From NCBI GenBank assembly GCA_020137815.1, contig CM035356.1, forward strand, positions 434,001 to 498,000: 64,000 nt of DNA. Direction: 5' to 3'. A program made the position numbers and the translations under genes. The DNA comes from Hormiphora californensis (taxonomy: Eukaryota > Animalia > Ctenophora). Below are positions 14,560-45,100 of the stretch, piece after piece (positions within the stretch are counted from its first letter, which is position 1; each line of letters starts with the position of its first letter). A model generated the notes under the pieces. That model saw only the letters and a list, made by a program, of their open reading frames with translations. It made no database searches and was not told the DNA's origin.

Positions 14560-14910
14560 AACGGACGTGAAACATCAAACATCCAAAAAGTGGAAACGAA
14601 AAAGTGAGTTTGGCTTCGAAAAGTTTTTGACTGAATAAAAAGTTTTTTGTCTCTACGCGCGCTGCGTAAGTAGCGCGCAAATTATTGTTTCAAACGCGCA
14701 GCCGCGCGCGGGATATGTATAACGGAAAACAGTACAAATGACAAAAATTGTGTTAGTGGGGGTACAATAGCAACAAATTTTAGTAACCTATTTGATGACT
14801 TAAATAGCGTCTTATTGTCCCAAAATTTTACAAGTGACTTGCCCAAACTATTTTCTTAACATATATTTAGTAATATTTATGTTTTGAGTATATTTTGCAC
14901 TCCAGGTACA
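14560..14910. promoter_or_regulatory. Probable bidirectional promoter between DDX5 (minus) and XPO1 (plus)
   Basis: Start codons diverge about 910 bp apart; CpG cluster CGCGCGCTGCG...GCGCGC...CGCGCAGCCGCGCGCG at 14655-14712. Confidence 0.55.
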
Positions 14911-15088
14911 GGACATGCCTCCTGTCCACTTTTTACGGATGGATCAAACCGGTTGCCTCAATTTCTGTTTTGTGTGACTTCGTGGTGCTCTCCCTCTCCG
15001 CTCCCTGGGAGCACCTAATTTGACAGTTTACACCTGACCAATCACTTTTAAATTGATCTCTCCACTCTCTTTGTTGCTAGACTAGATT

Positions 15089-31253
<16,165 letters not shown>

Positions 31254-32930
31254 TGAGGGAGATACATGACTAACACTGTTACCATGGTTACCATGTGTTA
31301 CCATATGTTACCATGGTTACCATGGTTACACCAGTGGTTATTGCTCAGTGTTGTTGTTCGTTGTTATACCCCCGCGGTGACAGAAGGACTTGAAAGTTAT
31401 TATGCGTTTGTAAATCAGAAGAAGATGCGGCCCGGTTTATGTCCGGTGAACACCTGTAATAGTTGTAACCGTGGAGAGAGAAAGAGAGAGAGAGTCACAC
31501 CCCTTATACAACATTACAAGGGAGAGAGAGTCACAACTCACACCCCTTATACAACATTACAAGGGAGAAAGTCACACCCCTTATTATACATGACAAGGGC
31601 CAAACGTTTTGATTATATTTGGCAGAGTATGTTAATACGCTTTCAGTTGTTCGCGGTGTGTTGGCAGACATGTCATCAGAAGAACGCGTGTATCCTTTCA
31701 ATAGGAGTTTTTAATGTGTGGACTATGTGTTTTGGAGCACTGGTATTTGACTGGCAGCTGATCTGGCGGTGGTCAAACAGCCCGGGAACCATTCCACCAT
31801 CCAATACAATCTATATTTATGACTGAACCGAGTTTATTTTGAAATGCAAGAATTGTGCTTGTAGTGAGAACTGTGTTTCCTATGTTTAACAAGTGTGTGC
31901 TGCTGTTGTTGGAAATGACAGATTTCTTGCAATCGGTGCCAATTTAATGGCCCGAATTAATAAAGATTAATTAATAAATATTCAAACAAACAAAATTCAT
32001 TTGTTTTAATTTGATTTAGGATAAATGGAAATCACGTGTGACGTGATTCAGCAATCGGAAAATACCCTGTGGACGCTCACAGAAGTGATAGTGAAGATAA
32101 ACTTACAGTATGGCGCGAAAGTTCCGCAAAATCGTTGCATAAATTAAGCGCGCGTGTCCTACGGAAAATACAGTGCGCGCTGCTGGAATAATCTGTAAAA
32201 ACGCAGCTTTTTTGTTTTCCCGGGCGCTTGTCAGCGCTGAATCGATAAATCTGCATCCTATTCCTATCATCAAGGTCCTATACGTATATGGTAATTGGTA
32301 CGGATTACGGAAGTAATCTCCCCAAGAAAACTGTAAAGTTAACAGTGTCAACGCCGCAGACCCCAGCAAATCGGGTCTGGCGCCCAACGGACAGCCAGAA
32401 AACGAAAAACTGAAAATGTGAGTTTGGAATTGGGGAAGACCAAAATTGTTTACCCAACTGGAATGAATCGAGCCAGTTAACAGTTCATCGAGGTATTTCC
32501 GTTTTTGCACCACATCTAATATCCGAGTCTGTCTAGAAACGCCCTGTCAGAGAATTGGCCTGACAGGAAACGCCAGACGGCAGACCCCGTTTCATCAGAT
32601 CGGGTTGATGCTGCCAGCCACTCTCGCTTCGGGTGATTGAATTTGACTTCAACATTGGGTCACCAGACAGTGACTACTGCAGTTATATGATCAAGCACAT
32701 AACTGCAAAAGTAATGCATAATAAAAGAAGATGTTGCAATAAATTGTAAAACTTGATTGTATAAGGGAACTAAAATATATGAAGATAAAAGTTCAGCTAT
32801 GCACTATATAAAAACTTGGGTGGTAATATATCTCATTGTTGATTGAACTGCACATATTAAATTGGGTGCAACATATGCACCAGTCATTAATCGATTACTT
32901 TTGTACCATCTATCTCTAGTTGCTCCTCAT

Positions 32931-35900
32931 CTAGTCAGCAGAATACGTGACCTCTATGTTATATGTCTTGTCTAGAGGGGGTTTGTCTACTTTTTTCACG
33001 GAGATAATTCCAATATAGTTCTTTGAATTGACATAATCTCCATCAAGACTATCGCCATTTGCTGTTATCTTTTTCGCTGCTCTCTTTACTCCCAAAATCG
33101 TAATGGCATCAAACGTTCTGAGAGGAGTTGTAGTAGGTTAATATAATCGCAGAATTGTAGTATAAACGTGTTCGCTGGCACCCTCCGCACTAGATGACAA
33201 ACAAGGACAAATATATGAGACTGGAGTTCATTATATATTCATTAGTCTGTTACAGTAGACCGTTTATATACATCAGTTAACCACTTATCTTAGTACTAGA
33301 CCAAAAAACAAAGGAAATTTGTTTGGAACACCCGTGGCCTTTTTCGATACTTGACGCTGCGGGAAATGCACCCATAATCTGAGCTATACTACTAGGTATC
33401 GTTGTGCCATCTCTCCAAGTTCTAACATACGCACACTTTCTCTCACTCTTCCTCGCGTCTTGCTCTGACGAAGGGTGCATTTCCCGCAGCGTCAAGTATC
33501 GAAAAAGGCCACGGGTGTTCCAAACAAATTTCCTTTGTTTTTTGGTCTAGTTTCTCAGGGTTTTTGTAAACAGGTAACATAAATATGCAAATAACGGCTA
33601 AACGGTGCGAGATACGACTTTTTGTCCGGGGGACGACCCCCCATAAATCGACTATTCTACGTCGAAATATGTCCATGAAAACATTCTAGGACCAGCTGAA
33701 GTGGAAATATTCAGAATATGCATTAAATCATGAATCAGTGCATAAATATGCATATAACGGCTAAACGGTGCGAGATACGACTTTTTGTCCAGGGGACGAC
33801 CCCCCATAAATCGACTCTTCTGCGTCGAAATATGTCCATGAAAACGTTCTAGGACCATTTGAAGTGGAAATATTCAGAATATGCATTAAATCATGAATCT
33901 GCGCATAAATATGCAAATAACGGCTAAACGGTGCGAGATACGACTTTTTGTCCGGGGGACGACCCCCCATAAATCGACTATTCTACGTCGAAATATGTCC
34001 ATGAAAACATTCTAGGACCAGTTGAAGTGGAAATATTCAGAATATGCATTAAATCATGAATCAGTGCATAAATATGCATATAACGGCTAAACGGTGCGAG
34101 ATACGACTTTTTGTCCGGGGGACGACCCCCCATAAATCGACTCTTCTGCGTCGAAATATGTCCATGAAAACGTTCTAGGACCATCTGAAGTGGAAATATT
34201 CAGAATATGCATTAAATCATGATTCTGCGCATAAGTATGCAAATAACGGCTAAACGGTGCGAGATACGACTTTTTGTCCCGGGGACGACCCCCCATAAAT
34301 CGACTCTTCTGCGTCGAAATATGTCCTTTGAAATGTCCTTACAACAACCAATACCGAGATAATCATAAAATTATACATAAATTATGCATAATTAATGACT
34401 TCCCATGCTCAAATCAAAATTTTACATAGCCTACGACATGTAGAATAGTCGATTTATGGGGGGTCTTCCCCGGGACAAAAAGCTCTAAATCCAGCCGTTT
34501 TTGCTCAGTTTGGTTTGTAAAAAGGTCGTGCGTATGTACAGGGTGTCCCATATATTCTGTGGGTCGGTTGGCGAGCTGTCACGCAAAAACGGTGATAGTT
34601 GTGTGAAAACAAACTACGGGAGTGTGCTGGATTAATTCCTTCCTAACTGATGGCTTTGTTTTAAAATTAAATTTCAAAAGTTCATTTTTCATGAATGAAC
34701 ATTCCTGTCATTCATTCGTGAATTCTGAAATATTGTTTACCTTGAGTAAAAAACTTTTCTTTGGCTCGAAATTATCTTTCCAATGAGCACCATAAAAATC
34801 AAATTGAAGCACCGGATCGCATTGCAGGTGAGAAAATGCAAATGCATGATTTTGGCCATTCCTGCGACTTTCAATCAGCTGTATCACCGCTACTTTTTGT
34901 TCAATCCTTTTAAAAGTTTGGGTGAACATCGGTGAAGATAAGATCTTTGCTCACAAGAAAAATCAAGGTCAAAACTCAAAGTTCATTTTTCATTTTTGGT
35001 AGTTCATTCCACTCATTCAGGAAAAAACATCCCTAAAGTGACGAAAAGGTTTGGGTTTTGTTTGGCCCATGCTCCTGAAACGACAGAGAGGTGTAAAAAC
35101 GTGTTTCCGGGCTAGTTATTGGGTGTCCATGTGATCATTATGATATCTGACACCTTCGCTGAGCCATAATTAAGAGATTTTCTCAAATTCAAACATGGGG
35201 TACGAGTATTCTGCGATTGGTATCGTGCACCAATAACAAGAGATCCCATAGCACCTCAAAAATTATGATTAGGGGGGGGGGGGGCCAAGGCCAAAAAAAG
35301 CCAGATCAATCCCGGATTTTAGGGCGGGTTTGGCTTTTTTTGGCTTTTTTTGGCCCTACTTTTTTGGTCATTTTGGCATGTAATTCTGACATTATATGGT
35401 CTGTATGACACTAAAAACACTTTAAAATGGCTTCTTTGATCTAATTTTATCATTTTATATCGATAGGGAAATATTTTTTTTACCGAAAAAAGTTTGATTT
35501 AAAAAAAGCCATATCAAAAAAAGCCAAAAAAAGCCAGATCAAAAAAAGCCAAAAAAAGCCAGATCAAAAAAAGCCAAAAAAAGCCAGATCAAAAAAAGCC
35601 AGATCAAAAAAAACCAAAAAAAGCCAGATCAAAACTGCTAAATCAAAAAAAGCCAGATCAAAAAAAGCCAAAAAAGGCCAAAAAAAGCCAGATCCAAAAA
35701 AAGCCAGATCAAAAAAGCCAAAAAAGGCCAAAAAAAGCCAGATCAAAAAAAGCCAGATCAAAAAAAGCCAAAAAAAGCCAGATCAAAAAAAGCCAAAAAA
35801 AGCCAGATCAAAAAAAGCCAGATCAGACCCGGATTTCAGGGCGGGTTTGGCTTTTTTTGGCCTTGGCCCCCCCCCCCCCCCCATTAGCTAAATGAAATGA

Positions 35901-38900
35901 GTTGATTCACGCTTGAAAATGTTCGTTTAGTCCGACTTTACATTGGTTTTAATCTTTTCAATCGTAAATCAACTCATTTCATTTAGCTAATCATAATTTT
36001 TGAGGTGCTATGGGATCTCTTGTTATTGGTGTACAATACCAATCGCAGAATACTCGTATCCCATATTTGAATTTGAGAAAATATCTTAATTATGGCTCAG
36101 CGAAGGTGTCAGATATCATAATGATCACATGGACACCCACTAACTAGCCCGGAAACACGTTTTTACACCTCTCTGTCGTTTCAGGACATGGGCCAAACAA
36201 AACCCAAACCTTTTCGTCACTTTAGGGATGTTTGTTCCTGAATGAGTGGAATGAACTACCAAAAATGAAAAATGAACTTTGAGTTTTGACCTTGATTTTT
36301 CTTGTGAGCAAAGATCTTATCTTCACCGATGTTCACCCAAACTTTTAAAAGGATTGAACAAAAAGTAGCGGTGATACAGCTGATTGAAAGTCGCAGGAAT
36401 GGCCAAAATCATGCATTTGCATTTTCTCACCTGCAATGCGATCCGGTGCTTCAATTTGATTTTTATGGTGCTCATTGGAAAGATAATTTCGAGCCAAAGA
36501 AAAGTTTTTTACTCAAGGTAAACAATATTTCAGAATTCACGAATGAATGACAGGAATGTTCATTCATGAAAAATGAACTTTTGAAATTTAATTTAAAAAC
36601 AAAGCCATCAGTTAGGAAGGAATTAATCCAGCACACTCCCGTAGTTTGTTTTCACACAACTATCACCGTTTTTGCGTGACAGCTCGCCAACCGACCCACA
36701 GAATATATGGGACACCCTGTATGTATGTATGTATGTATGTATGTATACAGAGCAAGCGTTTGGGACCCCCCTCGTAACTTTTGAACGAAACCATCGATCC
36801 ACTTGAAATTTTAAACACTATTAGATATCATTGAGGTAGCTTTACATACAAAATTTCAGCGTGCTAGCTTGTCGGGAACATGGTTAAATAGACGCTCGAA
36901 AAGGGCGAAAGTCACATCCGTATGGTATACTGCACTGGCCCCGAATCGGGCGAAATTAAATTTTCCGCGCCTGAGTTTATCCTTTCAGATTTGATCTTAT
37001 AATGTTCTAGGATGACCTTACAAGGGGTGGGATGGTTTTTCATTGCTGGGGGCTTTGCCCCCAGACCCCCATTAGGCCACGGGGCACTTGCCAGTGCAGT
37101 GATTAAACATGCACTACTTATAATATTCCGTTACGAAATCACATTTATAACTTTGTGTAAACTTACATTCCTCCGCTTGACCCTTTAAAGGAGGGTTTAA
37201 TCTGTATAGACACTCCGTCTTCTCTTGAATCAACAGTAACATCCACTGTCATCTCAGCTCTCACTCCCGTGCCCTCCTTATATCCAACGAGGTAGAAAGT
37301 TCCATTAAATTTGGGTGCAAAGTCGCACAGAATGATTCGAATTTGAATGTCTCCTTCCCTGGGAAGTGAAGTTTCTTAGAAATCCACGTACCTAATATGA
37401 AACATACTCAGACGTTCACGTAATTAAATTAAAAGAGGGTAAAGTATGCGACTATGCGAATGATGTCTCGTATAAATTTAATTAATTCTGGCGATTGGGG
37501 GTGGATTTGACAGTTTTGAGGCTTGTCAAATATCACCACAACCCCATTTATACCTTATTTTGTCGATTATGTTTCCCTGCTTCATATCATGATCACTCAT
37601 TTGCTGGCCTACAACTTGAACACTGCCACCCTTCACCAGATACAGCCTCCTGGGTGCCGGGGTGTAGGAGAACTTCAGAGTTTTATCTCCTTGAGTTGCT
37701 GCTGTGGCCTGGATAAACTCCCACTCACCATCGTTCTGACTGTACTGCCACCATGTCGTGTTAGCAGGGAGATGCACTCTGCAGCAGGGGGGGGGGGGAG
37801 TTTCAGCAAACTGGCAAATTAGCAGTTTGCCCTTCTTAGCAGATCAGAAGGCAATATCTACAGATAAACTACCCTGCCATTATGCTTCAATAATGGCCCT
37901 ACTGAACGCTGCTCACGACACAATGGTGTTGGCTAAGATTGATATTTAAGTCTTATACTTTCCAATACCCCTCCAAATATAATGGGTGGTTTACTTACGT
38001 TCTGCTCTTGTGGTCAAGAACCCCTCCGTAGTAGACTATGATGTTGTCTCCCAGCATGAACTGCTGCATATCCGTAGCGGGATCTCTAAACTTCTGAAAC
38101 ATGATTGGGTAAAACAAGGTTGTTTAGAGAAACAAACCATGGGAAACATGATTGTGGGTAGGTTTTAGATTGATTAAGTGTAGACTGATAGTCAGTGATC
38201 AAGTTATTTATTCTCTCACTAAAGACTGCTCTCTCCGGACGAGTATTGTAGCGGAGCTGTATGTGTGCATGAAGCTCTGCTACAATACGCATATTGCGTA
38301 GTTATATCGAAGACATAGTCGTGACTCGTGTAGTATGACAAGTAATTCATCACAGGTTGTTCATGACACATACATGTGAAAGCATTAATTACCTCTACAT
38401 TAGGGAAGTTGTAGCTCATTGATCGGACCGCTGGTGTTCCATGGGTGCCTGCAGCATGAACACCGCTCAACCAGCAGGGATACATACTATACTTCATCAT
38501 GAGGTAACTCTGAAGATCATTCAATTCCTCCTGCTTCAGAGTTCCATCAAGGGATGTCTCGTCACCTGCAGAGTGTGTTAGTTGTTGTATCAGAAGTAAC
38601 ATTAAATGTATCCTAGGAAGGTGGTTTCCGCCCATAATCAATACTTCAATGATAAGGAGAAACTACTCGTTGTACATATTTGTATATGTTCGCAAAAGGC
38701 AAGCTTCCCCTCGTCCGACCCGAAGTTGGAATCATATGGGTTTAGTTTGTCGAACCGGCAAGTTGCTAACATATTTCAAATCTTCACTACTTCTCAAATG
38801 ATCTAATCCCATACATTCAGTCTAATACCAAAATAAAACTGTAAATCCTATTAAAAATAGAAACAAAAATAATGGCACCAAAATGTGAAATGCCCTTGTA

Positions 38901-41900
38901 GTTAGTGGGAGCAGAACAAAATCAATTTCCTATCTCACCACGTTAATAAATAATTAATTAAGTTAATGCTCTTATTTGTTTTAGAGGTGCTCAAATTTGA
39001 ACTAAAGGTGGAGTTTATAGCAAGAAAGGGCTATTTTACGGCAAATTCCCTGGTTGCTATGGTAACCAAATCCGTTGTCATGGTAAATCAATCGAACTCT
39101 TTCAAGTTCTACCGCCAGCCACTGGATGAAATTTATCCATTTCATTGTACACAATGCACAGGCTTTTGTTACGAAGTTACCCCTTGCCAGCGCACGCGCA
39201 AAGGTCGCCCGGCGACAGAGTGTGAGGTGTCCTCGATACCGAGCACAGGCTTGTGTAACAAAAAGGGGCATTTTTATAGCTTATTGTTCATCATAACCTG
39301 AAATAAATATTTTTCATTACTTTCACAAAGGCTCAAAGTTTGAATATCAAATTTGCCAAAACTGTGTAGTGGCAAATTGGTGCAGGGGCAAAAGTTTTAA
39401 TTGATTATTATTAATTTATTAATTAGAAAATCAAAAATCCGGCTCCGTTATGACTCGTAGTTATACTACTAGAACATACATACAAAGTTTCATTTCGAAA
39501 TTTCAAACGGTGTGGCCACAGTTTGAATATCAAAGTTGCAAAAATTGTGCAGGGGCAAACAAAATTGTGCAGGGGCAAAAGTTTTAATTACTTATGATTA
39601 ATTAATTAATTAAAAAATCAGAAATCCGGCTCTTTTATGACTCGTAGTTATACCACTAGAACATGCATGCAAAGTCTCATTTCGAAATATCAAACGGTGT
39701 GGCCACAGTTCGAATATCAAATTTACCGAAAATGTGCAGGGGCAACATTTGCCGCAAATGTACAGGGGCAAAATGTGCAGGGGCAAAATTTTAATTGCTT
39801 ATAATTAATTGGATAATTAATTTTGACTATTCCCACTTTTTGTCGATCTTTCTATATGCATGAACTACATTACTACAAAATGTTAGGTCGTTATTTATAG
39901 CAGAACAGAAAATATACCATTTTTAGTTGCCTTGTTCAGGAAATGTGCAGGGGGTCGAAATCAGCGGTGCAGGGGAAAGATGGTGCAGGGGCAAAATTTT
40001 AATTACTTATAATTAATTAGTTAAATTAAAAATAAGAAATCCAGCCTTTTTATGACTCGTAGTTATACTACTAGAACATGCATACAAAGTTTCATTTCGA
40101 AAAAACAAACGGTTTGGCCACAGTTTGAATATCAAAATTGCAAAAAATGTGCAGGGGTATTTGCCCCTGTACATTTTCAAAAAAAGTGCAGGGGGCCCTA
40201 AAAAAGTCCATTTTTGCATGCCTATAACTAATTAATTAATTAATTTTCAATACTCCCACTTTTCGAATATCATTTTTTATGATTGAAGAACATTCCTACA
40301 AAGTTTCAAGTCGATATTTCAAGCAGAACGGAAGATAAACCGTGTGCAGGGGCACGCGTGCAGGGGCAAAAAATCAAAATGTACAGGGGCAATGTGCAGG
40401 GGCAAATTTTGATAGCTTATAATTAATTAATTAATTAAAAAATCAAAAATCCGGCCACGTTATGACACGTAGTTATACTACTAGAACATGCCTACAAAAT
40501 TTCAGGTCGATATCTCAAACGATGTGGCCGCAATCGCTGCCTGAAATTTGCCCCCCCCCCCCCCCCCCCCCCGAAAATCTTCTATTCTTTGTATATATGA
40601 TCGCAAAAGGCAAGCTTCCCCTCGTCCGACCCGAAGTTGGGAGATTCGTCGAAACAGCAACCTTCAGGCTGTTAAAATATTTTTTGATGCGCGGCGGCCT
40701 GTTTATTATAGTAGGGTCGGTTGTGGGAAGTTGGGTCTGGAATTTTAAATTTGACTTTCTGATATGATTAGGGACTCTATAAAAAGTCCAAAGTACCATC
40801 CCACAGGTCTCTACCACCCCCGGTTCACTAATTAGTCGTAATTATGTGATTTATGACGTTATCGTCAATTAGCACTAATACCAGTTCCTGGTCACTTAGA
40901 GCTTAGATTTTGATACCAGCTGATAGAGGATCACTAGATTAGTGGTCGAGGAGTTATAACCGTTTTTCCGTTTGGCTGGCACCACGTGGGATTAGGGGTT
41001 TAGGTCGTCGTGGGAGGTCGACATTGGTCGCGTTCGATCGGGCTCGATGAGGTGATCAAAAGCTAGTGGGCCAGACCTTGGCCCCACCCCGTTCTTGGCT
41101 TATTGGGCTTTTTCGGTTTCCCGCCAAAATATTTTCCCGCCATATATATGCTTTATTTTTTTGCCCCTGCACTGCCACTGCACATTTTTTTAATTGCTTA
41201 TAATTAATTGGATAATTAATTTTGAATATTCCCACTTTTTGTAGACCTTTCTACATATATGCTTGAACTACATTACTGCAAAATTTTAGGCCGTTATTTA
41301 TAGCAGAACGGAAAATATTTTCAAATGCTCAGGGGCAATGCTCAGGGGCACCAGAAAAATGTCCATTTTTTAATTGCTTATAATTAATTGGATAATTAAT
41401 TTTGAATATTCCCACCTTTTGTAGACCTTTCTATATGCTTGAAGAGCATTCCTACAAAGTTTCAAGTCGATATTTCAAGCAGATCGGGAGATAATCGCGG
41501 CTCAGGTGCCCCTGGGCCACTTTTGTTAGTGCGAGGGCAATTTTAAAATTTTAATTGCTTATAATTAATTAATTAAGTAAAAAATCAAAAATCAGGCTCC
41601 GTGGTGACTCTTAGTTATACCACTAGAACATGCCTACAAAGTTTTAGATCGATATGTCAAACAGTGTGGCCACAATTTGAATTTTAAAATTGCCCAGGGG
41701 CAGTTTTTTCAAATGCTCGGGGGCAAAATTCAGGGGCACCAGAAAAGTCCATTTTTGCATGCCTATAACTCATTGATTACTTAATTTTGACTATTCTAAC
41801 TTTTTGTAGATCATTTTTTATGCTTGAAGAGCATTCCTACAAAGTTTCAAGTCGATATTTCAAGCAGATCGGGAGATAATTTCGGCTCAGGGGCAATGCC

Positions 41901-42091
41901 CAGGGGACAGAACATGCCATGCTCAGGGGCACGGTGCAGGGGCTACTTTTTAATTACCTATAATTAATTAATTAGGCAAAAAATCAAAAATCCGGCCACG
42001 TTATGACACGTAGTTATACTACTAGAACACGCCTACAAAATTTCAGGTCGATATCTCAAAAAATGTGGCCACAATCGCTGCCTGAAATTTG

Positions 42092-42122
<31 letters not shown>

Positions 42123-45100
42123 GACCTACGTTTGTATATATAGGGCCGGCTTTTTGGATTTGGTGCAGGGGCAAAAATTTTTTTTCTTCGTTTTTTCTGT
42201 TTTCTTCGGGTCGGAGGTGCCTGCCGGCACCTAAATAGGGCCGTCACTTTTTGGATTTGGTGCAGGGGCAAAAATTTTTTTTTTCGTTTTTTCTGTTTTC
42301 TTCGGGTCGGAGGTGCCTGCCGGCACCTAAATTAGGGAACGCCTTGAATAGCAAGGGTGTCGGAATGGCTAGTAGAAGCGTCAGCGACTTCCTGTAACTG
42401 CCCATTAGGTGACGAGTTGTGTAATTACCGCTTGTAAATGGAAGGAGAGTGGCCAACTTGTGATACATCATTACCAGTTGCTTGTTACCCTTATCTCCTG
42501 CAAATACTGGCACTGCATGCATCCCCATCATGCCATACCATTCTATCTTCTTGATCAACTAAGAGGTTGTAGAATGATTTTATTGAGAGGGGGTATGCTT
42601 GAATAGAAGGGGGTCCATCAAAATTAGAATGATTTCAATCATGGATCTAAGTACCCTCTGTATTATATTATGTCTAATGGCTCCTTCTGCTCCCCACAGA
42701 GAGAGAGGGGAGTTGAGACAAGCGTGGCCCCATGTGTTTAATATAATAGGCTCGCCAAACAAATGGGCTCTGTGCTGTATAATAGACTCGAGCCCTACAA
42801 TGCCCCCCTACTTACATTGGAAAGGTCCTCTTGGTTTTTGATTGGTATTTTGATTGCCGTGTATGCACCGCCCCCTAATGCAATACTGTCCGACAGTTGG
42901 AACACTCTAACCTTCTCTTGTCCTCCCATGAAGGAGTGTGTTAGCCTCGCCTGCCTGACAGTGAGAGAGGGAGAGGGAGAGAGGGAGAGAGAGATGGTCA
43001 GGGGGAGAGAGAAGTGCATGCTAGAGGGATGGACGGGGCAAGATTCAATATTTCCTAATAAACATATAACCAAAAATCGCCTAATTGCACTGCTTGATGC
43101 CATGGCTGTCGTGACCTATCAAGCATTTATATATGAATTTGAATATAAAATTAAAATCTAGTAGATTTACTGGTCAAGTTAATTGGGCATTACCTTGATG
43201 AAAGGTAGTTGTGAACGTCCCTATGTTGGATTTCTTGAGATGTCTCATATCCATGAATATAATCCGGACAGAGTGTCCCTGTAATATTATGATTGCTTAT
43301 GCGTGCCTCCCCTGGCTCCTACTAATTTCTCCCCCGAAATATGAATATTCACTGTGTAGCCTATGAGAGACCTCCCCAACCTGTGTCGACTAGATAACGA
43401 CATGACTATAGCTGCTCAATCTTGCATTATAAATGTCTCACCTTCTGCGAGTGGTGGTTCGGGCTTTAGAAATGGCGATTCGTTGATTTCGTTCTTCGTA
43501 CAGATCTGAGGACCAGCGTTGAAGGGGTAGCTATCTTCGAAATTCAGACTCTGAGCATTCTTTGCAATCACTTTAGTTAGATAACTGAGAGGAAGTTTAT
43601 AGTGTTAGGAATACTTTTGTAGAGCTTTTGAACGCATTCAAGAAAATATCTCTACCCCTATTATAGTCGGATTTTTCTCAACAACTATTAATATTTTGAG
43701 CTTCTTTTTTTTGCGTCCTACCCCCTAAGTTGTCTCGCAGTACGGGGTTGTCAAACTAACTTTCATTTACGTGAATACGTTGGTTGATTGAGGGATTGAG
43801 CGAGAGAGTAAGAGGGGTAGAAAACTAGTGAGAGATTGATGAATCGAGACAGAGAGGTTGTGACATCAACATTTTAATCAATATTTTAATAAAACTAGAC
43901 GTGTCAGATGGAACCCATACCTATCAAAGTTGAGTTGTGTAAAATCGAGATAGTGACTGAGGTTCCCAGGTTTAGTGTTCAGTTTGCCCTCAACTGGCTC
44001 CCCTTGACTTGATACCACCACAGGAACATCATCCACACCAGTACCATCCTGGATCAGGGGTGTCATGGAGTACATTGTTTCCTGGAGGGTCTGGGTAGAG
44101 GAAATATTCAGTTTCCTCCCTCCATCCACTACAATAACGTCAATTGGGTACTGGGAGCTCTTCAGGGCCAGGTCTCCATTGTTCATCATGATACTACCCA
44201 TACTCCAGAATGGTGCAATAAACGGCCTTCCTAGTAGAGAGAGAGGAGGGCTGTTTTGGGGGGGTTATCATGGTGACAAATGGTGACAAATGGTGACAAA
44301 TGGTGACTCATCTGTCCATTTAGGGTATGTCACCATCACCATTTGTCACCATTTGTCACCATTTATCTCCATTTGTCACCATTTGTCTCCATTTGTCTCC
44401 ATTTTTTGATGAAATATGCGGATTTTGGCAGAATTTCTTTAAAATTTTTAAAGAAATTTGATAAAAATTTTTAATTTCTTTAGACCGATATATTTGTTCA
44501 TAAGTTGTTAACATGGCCATTCCGGATCGGCTAGTAGTGTTTTGGACCGCTAAAACTTCCCGAAAGTCACGTTGAGGGTGTACCTCCTCGCACAACACAT
44601 AAAAGCGCAATTAACCACCTGTGACCCCTTAATTAATTACATCCAATCGACTTGAAACTTGGTAGAAGTGTCCCCCAGTGTCCCATAACATCATATTATG
44701 TCCCATAACATCATATTATGCCTGTAGGAAGCTCCAGAGAGAATGGTGACAAATGGTGACTCATCTCAAAATTTTGGTCATGTCACCATCACCATTTGTC
44801 ACCATATGTCACCATTTGTCACCATTTGTCACCATGATTACCCCCCCGCTGTTTTTAGATACTGCAATTAGATCTATTTGATTTCCAATGCTTCGTTGTC
44901 AGAGCATTGGCCTGACCCTATTCTCAGTGCTGCATGCAGACCACGCGAATTGGCCAGCTGCATGCAGACCACGCGAATTGGCCTGACAGATGCTACATGG
45001 ATTCAGTACTTACCGATTGCTTCAGTTCGTTGAGTTGAGTAATCAGTGAAGGTGGGCCCAGTCATTAGAGCTAGGAAGACACTGCCCCCCAACTGGGTGA

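Larger units (their letters stand above)
33552..37105. mobile_element. Outer composite non-autonomous element hosting the 34539-36719 insertion; boundaries approximate
   Basis: 163-bp array, (TATG)n tract split by the insertion, terminal hairpin GGGGCTTTGCCCC and inverted pair ACTGCACTGGC (36928) / GCCAGTGCAGT (37090). Confidence 0.45.

Noticed and set aside
33577-34325. CRISPR-like array
   Set aside because: Whole units repeat with no unique spacers; eukaryotic context, no cas genes
34708-36550. Mirrored short ORFs in the palindromes as transposase genes
   Set aside because: Short, no DDE or HTH motifs; they only reflect arm symmetry
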